A stretch of DNA of 32,000 bases. It comes from Pseudodesulfovibrio piezophilus C1TLV30. GTDB lineage: Bacteria; Desulfobacterota; Desulfovibrionia; Desulfovibrionales; Desulfovibrionaceae. The position numbers and the translations under genes were made by a program. How positions within the stretch are numbered: position 1 is the stretch's first letter; every line of letters starts with the position of its first letter. The notes under the pieces are model-generated. The model worked only from the letters and a program-made list of their open reading frames with translations, did not search any database and was not told where the DNA came from. Shown here piece after piece: positions 26,623 through 32,000 of this stretch. Where the stretch lies: the NCBI RefSeq assembly GCF_000341895.1, contig NC_020409.1:2070001-2102000 (forward strand), given 5' to 3'.

Positions 26623-26878
26623 GGAGCTGATCATATGACGATTTGCCAATTCCCACGGACGGGAAGCGGAAAACCACGGATCCCTCAGGAATGAGCGCGG
26701 CAAATGCCGCAGGGATGGCCGGGCTGCGATGGACTGCGCCACGGCCCTTTTTTGTGCAAGGAAAAGGGCTGGTGCTGACACCGCGAAGAGGACAGGGAGC
26801 ACTTCGGTTCCGTCAACAACGACGCGAGAGACCGCCGTTTCTTCTCTTGTCGCCTCTTCCATAGCCACAGGGAGAAGC

Positions 26879-27292
26879 GTGAGAATCAATTCACACGCCT
26901 CTGAGCAATACAGCAAGAACATTGCCGCTGAAAAGCCCGTCGAGACAAAACGCACAGAGCCTCAGGCCAGTGTGAAGACAACCTCGTTCGGATTTCGGCT
27001 GGGCAAGTTCGGGCTGGATTTCGAATCGAGCAGCACGGTGCTTGATCCCTCCCTGTCACGCGATGTCAGCGACCGGGAACAGACGGAGAAGTCATTTGAT
27101 GCAGCGCGTGAGGTGGAAACCCTGCGTGCCCAGATCGGCACTGAAGGCGCGGATTATCGTGATCTTTCCCCCCCATCGGAAACCACTTCCAGGCCATCTC
27201 AATACCAGGTCAAAAACGCCATGACCGCCTATGCCAAGTCCACTGAAGACATATTGCCACCTCCCGGCAATATGTTGGCCGCCGTGGTCTGA
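26879..27292 (+). CDS. Hypothetical acidic/Ser-Thr-rich protein (orphan A)
   Basis: The ORF is open from 26729. I favour GTG 26879 (GGAG at 26871-74) because the resulting N-terminus, VRINSH, mirrors MRIQGSH of the ORF at 30798. The upstream 50 codons look non-coding. The third-position G/C bias is consistent with coding. No family is recognised. Confidence 0.45.
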   Translation: MRINSHASEQYSKNIAAEKPVETKRTEPQASVKTTSFGFRLGKFGLDFESSSTVLDPSLSRDVSDREQTEKSFDAAREVETLRAQIGTEGADYRDLSPPSETTSRPSQYQVKNAMTAYAKSTEDILPPPGNMLAAVV

Positions 27293-27487
27293 ACATCCTT
27301 TCCCTCATCACCGCACCAAATGCTCGCAACTTGATTGCCCCCCCCACGTCTTTTCTTCTCTCTTTCGCATCGAAAGAAGAGAGCCTCGGAAAAGGCTCAC
27401 TCCCTCTGAATCTCCTGAAAATATCTTCCTTCCAGATTCCGTGGATATCATAATGATAAAGAAGACTCATTGAAGGCTTCACCCCCC

Positions 27488-27516
27488 TTGCCAAACCCTC
27501 TTCGAGTGCGCATTAT
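27488..27516 (+). promoter_or_regulatory. Candidate sigma70-type promoter of copA
   Basis: TTGCCA (27488-93), a 17-nt spacer, CATTAT (27511-16), about 30 nt before the copA ATG. GAAGGA is the likely RBS. Confidence 0.35.
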
Positions 27517-27546
27517 GGGGCCAGCACCTCTTGAGAAGGATTTTCA

Positions 27547-30027
27547 ATGAAAACGATTCAAGCACAGATAAAAGGCATGCACTGCGCAGCCTGCTCAGGC
27601 CGTATCGAACGAGTGGTCGGCGGCATGGAAGGCGTGGAAGAGGCTCCGGTCAACCTCGCGGCCGAAACCCTTTCCCTGACATATGACCCGGACAAACTCA
27701 GCACTGAGGATGTGGCCGAGCGCATCAAGGGGCTTGGTTTCGAAGCCCTTTTCCCCCAGGATTCCGGCCTGGAATCCCTGCATCTGGAACTCGGCGGCAT
27801 GCATTGCGCGGCCTGTTCATCCCGGATAGAACGAGTGACCGGTAACCTGGACGGCGTCAATGAGGCCAGCGTCAACCTGGCCGCCAACACAGGTTCCTTT
27901 ATTTTCGACCCGGCACTGGTTTCGCGCCGGGACATTCGGCAGGCTATCAGTGGTGCCGGATTTACATCCGAGGTTCAGTCTGGAGGCTCCAACCTTTTTG
28001 AGACTCGCCGCCGTGAGGCCGAGGAAAAGCTGGCTGCACAAAAACGCGAGATGATCCCCGCCTTTCTCTTCGCCCTTCCCCTCCTCATCCTCTCCATGGG
28101 TCATATGTGGGGTATGCCCCTGCCACTCTGGCTTGATCCCATACATGCGCCGCAGACTTTTGCGGGAGTGCAACTGTTGCTCACCCTCCCGGTCGTCTGG
28201 TCGGGCAGGAATTTTTATCTTCAAGGTATCCCGGCACTCCTTCGTGGCGGGCCAAACATGGATTCTCTTGTCGCCATGGGAACAGGGGCCGCATTTGTCT
28301 ATTCCCTTTGGAACACCATTGCCATTGCCACAGGCCTCGGTGATCCCGTGGCGCATGCCATGGACCTCTATTTCGAATCAGCTGCCGTGCTTATTGCCAT
28401 GATTTCCCTTGGCAAGTACTTTGAAGCCCGCTCCAAGATCAAAACATCCGATGCCATCCGCTCCCTCATGCAACTGACCCCGGACACGGCAACTCTGCTT
28501 CGAGACGGCGAACAGGTGACCATATCCGTTGATGAAGTGGAACCGGGTGATACTCTGCTTATCAAGCCCGGAGAACGCATCCCTGTGGACGGGACTGTCG
28601 CGGACGGCCGGTCCAGCGTGGATGAATCCATGCTGACCGGAGAACCCATGCCTGTGGGCAAGGATATCGGGGATTCCGTTGCCGGAGGTACGCTCAACAC
28701 CCATGGCGCACTGACAATTACTACCGAACGAGTAGGGCAGGACACCATGCTGGCCCGTATCATTCGCCTGGTCCAGGAAGCACAGGGGTCCAAGGCACCC
28801 ATTGCCAATATGGCCGACACCATCAGTTTCTATTTCGTGCCCACTGTCATGACCCTTGCACTCATTGCCGGGGCCGCATGGTATCTCAGCGGTGCGGGAT
28901 TCCCCTTCTCCCTGCGTATTTTCGTGGCTGTGATGGTTATTGCCTGCCCCTGTGCCATGGGACTGGCAACACCGGTCTCGATCATGGTCGGCACAGGTCG
29001 AGGTGCTCAACTCGGTGTCCTGATCAAATCCGGTCGCGCCCTCCAGGAAGCAGGCTCCCTCGATACCGTCATATTCGACAAAACCGGCACCCTGACCCAT
29101 GGACGCCCTGAAGTCGCGGACATCACCATGGTCCGCGGCACCATGGCCCAGACTGAGGCGGTCTATCTGGCCGCAGCAGCCGAAAGCCAGTCTGAACATC
29201 CCCTTGCCCAGGCATTTGTCCGACACGCCAAATCTCTGGAGCTGGATATCCCTCAACCCGATGCATTCGAAGCCATTCCGGGCAAGGGAATCAAGGCGAC
29301 CATCGGCTACCGGGAGGTGCTCATCGGCAACTGGGATTTCATGCAGGAACACGGCTTCGGCTTTGATGAAGATACCTTTGCCGAAGCAGCCGTGCCTCAT
29401 TACGAAAGCCAGGGAGCCACGGTCATCTACTTTGCCAGTGAAAATCGACTCAATGCGCTTTTCGCCATTGCCGACGAGATACGCGACGAGACCCCGGAGG
29501 TCATCGCCACCCTCAAAAAAGCCGGACTGACCCCGATCATGCTGACTGGCGACAATGCGAAAACCGCTCAGGTCGTGGCAGACAAGGCGGGTATCGAAAC
29601 TGTGGTGGCAGGCGTCCTGCCCGACCGCAAGGCCGAAGAGGTTGACCGCTTGCAAAAACAAGGCAGAAAAGTGGCCATGATCGGTGACGGTATTAACGAT
29701 GCCCCGGCTCTGGCCAAGGCGGATATAGGTATTGCCATGGGGTCCGGTATTGACGTTGCCGTGGAATCCGGCGACGTGGTTCTCATGAAATCCGACCTGC
29801 GCTCCCTGCTCACCGCTCTCAACCTGTCTCGGGCCACCATGAGCAATATCAAACAGAATCTTTTCTGGGCGTTTGCCTTCAACACCATAGGTATTCCAGT
29901 GGCGGCAGGAGTCCTGCACATATTCGGAGGCCCGACACTCAATCCGATGATCGCCGGGACCGCCATGGCCATGAGTTCGGTTACTGTGGTCAGCAACGCC
30001 CTGCGCCTTCGATTTTTCAAGGGATAA
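27547..30027 (+). CDS. copA: Copper-translocating P1B-type ATPase with two N-terminal HMA domains
   Basis: 826 aa. Two [12 protein letters not shown] metal-binding domains are present, visible as tandem duplication at the DNA level. Other motifs: transmembrane CPC ([11 protein letters not shown]), [23 protein letters not shown]. Confidence 0.95.
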   Translation: MKTIQAQIKGMHCAACSGRIERVVGGMEGVEEAPVNLAAETLSLTYDPDKLSTEDVAERIKGLGFEALFPQDSGLESLHLELGGMHCAACSSRIERVTGNLDGVNEASVNLAANTGSFIFDPALVSRRDIRQAISGAGFTSEVQSGGSNLFETRRREAEEKLAAQKREMIPAFLFALPLLILSMGHMWGMPLPLWLDPIHAPQTFAGVQLLLTLPVVWSGRNFYLQGIPALLRGGPNMDSLVAMGTGAAFVYSLWNTIAIATGLGDPVAHAMDLYFESAAVLIAMISLGKYFEARSKIKTSDAIRSLMQLTPDTATLLRDGEQVTISVDEVEPGDTLLIKPGERIPVDGTVADGRSSVDESMLTGEPMPVGKDIGDSVAGGTLNTHGALTITTERVGQDTMLARIIRLVQEAQGSKAPIANMADTISFYFVPTVMTLALIAGAAWYLSGAGFPFSLRIFVAVMVIACPCAMGLATPVSIMVGTGRGAQLGVLIKSGRALQEAGSLDTVIFDKTGTLTHGRPEVADITMVRGTMAQTEAVYLAAAAESQSEHPLAQAFVRHAKSLELDIPQPDAFEAIPGKGIKATIGYREVLIGNWDFMQEHGFGFDEDTFAEAAVPHYESQGATVIYFASENRLNALFAIADEIRDETPEVIATLKKAGLTPIMLTGDNAKTAQVVADKAGIETVVAGVLPDRKAEEVDRLQKQGRKVAMIGDGINDAPALAKADIGIAMGSGIDVAVESGDVVLMKSDLRSLLTALNLSRATMSNIKQNLFWAFAFNTIGIPVAAGVLHIFGGPTLNPMIAGTAMAMSSVTVVSNALRLRFFKG

Positions 30028-30071
30028 TGGCTCATCAACAACGTCATCCGACACAGAAACAGGAGAAAAGT

Positions 30072-30269
30072 ATGCCCGTAGTCAAAGTCAAAGGCATGAG
30101 CTGCCAGCACTGCGTCAAGTCCGTCACCGAAGCTCTGAAGGCACTGAAAGCCAAGGATATCTCCGTTGACCTGCTCTCCGGCGATGTCACATACGCCGAA
30201 GAAACTCCCATCACGCCTGACGCGGTCAAGGAAGCAATCACCAAGATCGGTTTCGAAGTCGAAGCCTAG
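30072..30269 (+). CDS. copZ: Copper chaperone, HMA-domain protein
   Basis: 65 aa, MPVVKVKGMSCQHCVKSV... with AGGAGA 7 nt upstream. The alternative start at ATG 30027 overlaps the copA stop (TAATG) and would add 15 aa. Confidence 0.85.
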   Translation: MPVVKVKGMSCQHCVKSVTEALKALKAKDISVDLLSGDVTYAEETPITPDAVKEAITKIGFEVEA

Positions 30270-30296
30270 TCCTTCTCAGGCCAATACAGCCTGACG

Positions 30297-30348
30297 CAAA
30301 AAGATCACAAACCACGTTTCGCAATGAACGAGGTTTGTGATCTTTTTG
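30297..30348. terminator. Bidirectional terminator hairpin between copZ and the convergent zinc-ribbon gene
   Basis: A 17-bp perfect stem, CAAAAAGATCACAAACC with GGTTTGTGATCTTTTTG, with an 18-nt loop that can form 4 more bp. A/T runs on both sides are part of the stem ends. Confidence 0.7.
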
Positions 30349-30421
30349 CATCAGGTCCATGCCACCCTTTCTTTTTCAGCACAACTCAGGGGAACAAGAC
30401 GGACGAGAGCTTTCGTCCCCA

Positions 30422-30646
30422 TCACGAGGCATCCTTCATGGGCAATGGCCCAAGGCTACCATGCCTCTCTCCAGGCATCTCGGCATCGCTCATGGAACGA
30501 AACGGCTTGAACAAATGCAGGCAGTCAGCCTGAATAGGACCATTCTCGATCAGACAGTCACTGCACATTTTGCCGCCTTCGGTCTCCATGAAAAAATCCG
30601 TGTTGTCGATAACACGAAGACACTGATCACAAACATGCTTTTTCAT
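30422..30646 (-). CDS. Small CxxC...CxxC zinc-ribbon (TRASH-like) protein
   Basis: 74 aa from ATG 30646 (GGAGGAAATATTCT upstream): MKKHVCDQCLRVIDNTDFFMETEGGKMCSDCL.... The 196-aa version in the track has no RBS and overlaps the divergent gene. Confidence 0.6.
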   Translation of the reverse strand: MKKHVCDQCLRVIDNTDFFMETEGGKMCSDCLIENGPIQADCLHLFKPFRSMSDAEMPGERHGSLGPLPMKDAS

Positions 30647-30797
30647 AGAATATTTCCTCCAGGTAAGCAGTGACAGAATAAGCCTGACACCTGAAGACAT
30701 TACAAAATGCATGCCCTGCTCTCTCCTCAAAACCCTTTGATATGTTTTTTTACATTCAGACCATAAAGATTTTCCCCTGACGGACGATAAGAAAAGC

Positions 30798-31724
30798 ATG
30801 AGAATACAAGGCAGCCATATGAATCTCGGCTTCATGCAGGAGATGACAGTCAACAAGGCCCAGAGCGATGACTCCGGGACCGGCTCCGCTTTTGTGCTCA
30901 ACACCACGGGCAACACCAAGGCAAGTGCCTCGGCCCAGATAGCCCAAGCCATCGGTCTCGATCCCGCCCAACTCGGCATGAAGACTGCCACCGAGACCAA
31001 GGCCGGAACCACGATCCAGCAGGATACCGCCTCGGCATCTCAGAGCCAGCCCATCACTTTGGGGACGGTTTTTGCTGATGAGGTCATCCGCCGTCTGGAA
31101 GAAAACGGCGCGACCAATGAGAGCGACGGACAGCCCAAGGATTCAGGCGATCTTCGAGATTCCCTTGCCCAAACCATGGACTGGATACGTGAGCGCTACG
31201 GGGATGAAACCGCTGCCGCTGCGTCCGGCATGATTCTTCAATCCACTTCTTCCGGCGTCAACGAAGAAACTCTCGGAGAGGGACTCCTCAACAGCCTCAA
31301 GCTCATTGACCGCAATTTCGGGATTGCCGCAGGCGATACGGCCATCGCCAATTTCAATCAGGGGATCAACAGCGAAATCAATGACTATTTCGACAACGGC
31401 AAGGCTGAGGTCTTCTATGCCTCCGAGACTTCGGCCGAAACCGCCGGGAGCAGCACCACTCAGAGTTTCAGCTCCCGATCCCTGGCTCGTACACTCGAAT
31501 CTTCTTCGGACACCGATGAAACTCTCAGCGTCTCCGAACAGCTCCTCGAAGACCTCCAGAACGAATTGGATGATGTCGCGGCTCTTCAAAACCTGACATC
31601 ACAACTCGAAGACCAGTTCAACCCGGCTGAATTCGTGACACAAAGCGCCACGCAGAACGCCATTTCCGCATATACCCAGCCGTCCGTCCCGGCCGAGCCT
31701 CAGTTTACGAACCTCGCGGTCTAG
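30798..31724 (+). CDS. Hypothetical acidic/Ser-Thr-rich protein (orphan B)
   Basis: 308 aa with a clean ORF, followed by a strong hairpin. The exact start is uncertain (ATGs at 30798, 30819, 30834, 30843, all with weak RBS). It shares N- and C-terminal motifs with the ORF at 26879. No family is confidently recognised. Confidence 0.6.
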   Translation: MRIQGSHMNLGFMQEMTVNKAQSDDSGTGSAFVLNTTGNTKASASAQIAQAIGLDPAQLGMKTATETKAGTTIQQDTASASQSQPITLGTVFADEVIRRLEENGATNESDGQPKDSGDLRDSLAQTMDWIRERYGDETAAAASGMILQSTSSGVNEETLGEGLLNSLKLIDRNFGIAAGDTAIANFNQGINSEINDYFDNGKAEVFYASETSAETAGSSTTQSFSSRSLARTLESSSDTDETLSVSEQLLEDLQNELDDVAALQNLTSQLEDQFNPAEFVTQSATQNAISAYTQPSVPAEPQFTNLAV

Positions 31725-31738
31725 CCAGGCTCCGTCCG

Positions 31739-31787
31739 CAGACAAAGGCAAGGCCGGTTCTATAAGAACCGGCCTTGCCTTTGTCTG
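31739..31787 (+). terminator. 22-bp perfect hairpin downstream of orphan B
   Basis: CAGACAAAGGCAAGGCCGGTTC, loop TATAA, GAACCGGCCTTGCCTTTGTCTG. Only a weak T-rich tract follows (GTGTTTGTG). Confidence 0.55.
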
Positions 31788-31805
31788 GAGCGCACAGTGT
31801 TTGTG

Positions 31806-31833
31806 AAAAAAAGGCCGCCCACAAGGACGGCCT
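31806..31833 (-). terminator. Rho-independent terminator of the minus-strand gene entering from the right edge
   Basis: AGGCCG with CGGCCT forms the stem (10-nt loop). Seven A at 31806-31812 on the plus strand give a U-run on the minus transcript. Confidence 0.65.
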
Positions 31834-31846
31834 AAAAAACTCTCTC

Positions 31847-32000
31847 TCAAAGAGCTTCAATCAATCCGAGAGGCCCAAGGTAGACTTCCCCTTTGAAAGT
31901 CAGTTCGGCCGCACCCTGCAAAAAAACATTGCCGTCCTCCAGAAAAACGGTCAGCACTTCACCACCTGTGGTCGTCAAATCAGCCCGACTCTCAGTCAGA
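31847..32000 (-). CDS. C-terminal 50 codons of an unidentified protein (5' part outside window)
   Basis: The minus frame is open from the window edge to TGA at 31849..31847: ...TESRADLTTTGGEVLTVFLEDGNVFLQGAAELTFKGEVYLGPLGLIEAL*. A terminator follows. It is too short to assign. Confidence 0.4.
   Translation of the reverse strand, partial: LTESRADLTTTGGEVLTVFLEDGNVFLQGAAELTFKGEVYLGPLGLIEAL

Noticed and set aside
26729-26878. The first 50 codons of the 187-aa ORF (ATG 26729).
   Set aside because: The composition is Ser/Thr/Arg/Ala-rich with no RBS. The GTG at 26879 gives an N-terminus paralogous to that of the ORF at 30798. The longer form cannot be strictly excluded.
28378-30054. A 558-aa ORF antisense to copA. 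Similar long antisense ORFs occur at 14325-15140 (opposite fmt), 12450-13130 (opposite aspS), 2246-3190 (opposite the SpoU methyltransferase) and 22517-23128 (opposite the DUF1566 gene).
   Set aside because: Every one of these lies in the antisense frame that is codon-aligned with the sense gene. In that frame, antisense stops correspond to sense TTA, CTA and TCA codons. Those codons are rare in this GC-biased coding sequence, so long shadow ORFs are expected. The translations are low-complexity (Gly/Arg/His/Asp-rich) with no recognisable motifs or RBS.
30422-31012. The 196-aa minus-strand ORF overlapping the start of the gene at 30798.
   Set aside because: Only the last 74 codons have a strong RBS (GGAGG before ATG 30646) and a coherent CxxC...CxxC domain. 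The N-terminal 122 codons overlap the divergent gene and look non-coding.
1-32000. A window-wide search for CRISPR arrays, tRNA/rRNA/tmRNA/SRP-like genes, transposases, integrases, toxin-antitoxin pairs or defence-system genes.
   Set aside because: No repeat-spacer periodicity, no cloverleaf-compatible intergenic sequence and no recognisable mobile or defence protein motifs were seen in any frame. All intergenic gaps are 391 nt or shorter.

Overview
This window reads as a chromosomal core segment of a moderately GC-rich anaerobe. The gene content and protein style suggest a Desulfovibrionales-type sulfate reducer, but that placement is inference only. I support 27 protein-coding genes, two of them cut by the window edges. 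On the plus strand: a hybrid histidine kinase fragment, an MltD-like LysM murein transglycosylase, a eukaryote-type UDP-galactopyranose-mutase-like flavoprotein, an M24 aminopeptidase, hisS, aspS, a def-fmt-GT9-DUF116 operon, an amidohydrolase, pyrB, pyrC, an HD/nucleotidyltransferase-family protein, copA-copZ and two orphan proteins. On the minus strand: selD, a SpoU/TrmH methyltransferase, a tiny repeat lipoprotein, an orphan cytoplasmic molybdopterin oxidoreductase, a secreted DUF1566 protein, nfnBA and a small zinc-ribbon protein. I found no rRNA, tRNA, CRISPR array, transposase, integrase, prophage or recognisable defence genes, and no convincing novel multi-gene system. The region is mostly housekeeping. 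The best-supported non-trivial observation is that selD is a selenoprotein gene: the ORF track truncates it at an in-frame TGA, and it has a candidate SECIS hairpin. Other items worth checking: (1) a very stable 25-bp purine/pyrimidine hairpin plus an overlapping uORF in the def leader; (2) two orphan proteins sharing N- and C-terminal motifs that bracket the copA-copZ locus; (3) a TRASH-like zinc ribbon and a Fur-like palindrome at that locus, which has no obvious copper regulator; (4) a His/Met-rich, four-Cys tail on the DUF1566 protein; (5) a eukaryote-type UGM homologue; (6) a 276-nt spacer splitting pyrB from pyrC. All family assignments come from reading motifs by eye. No database search was run.
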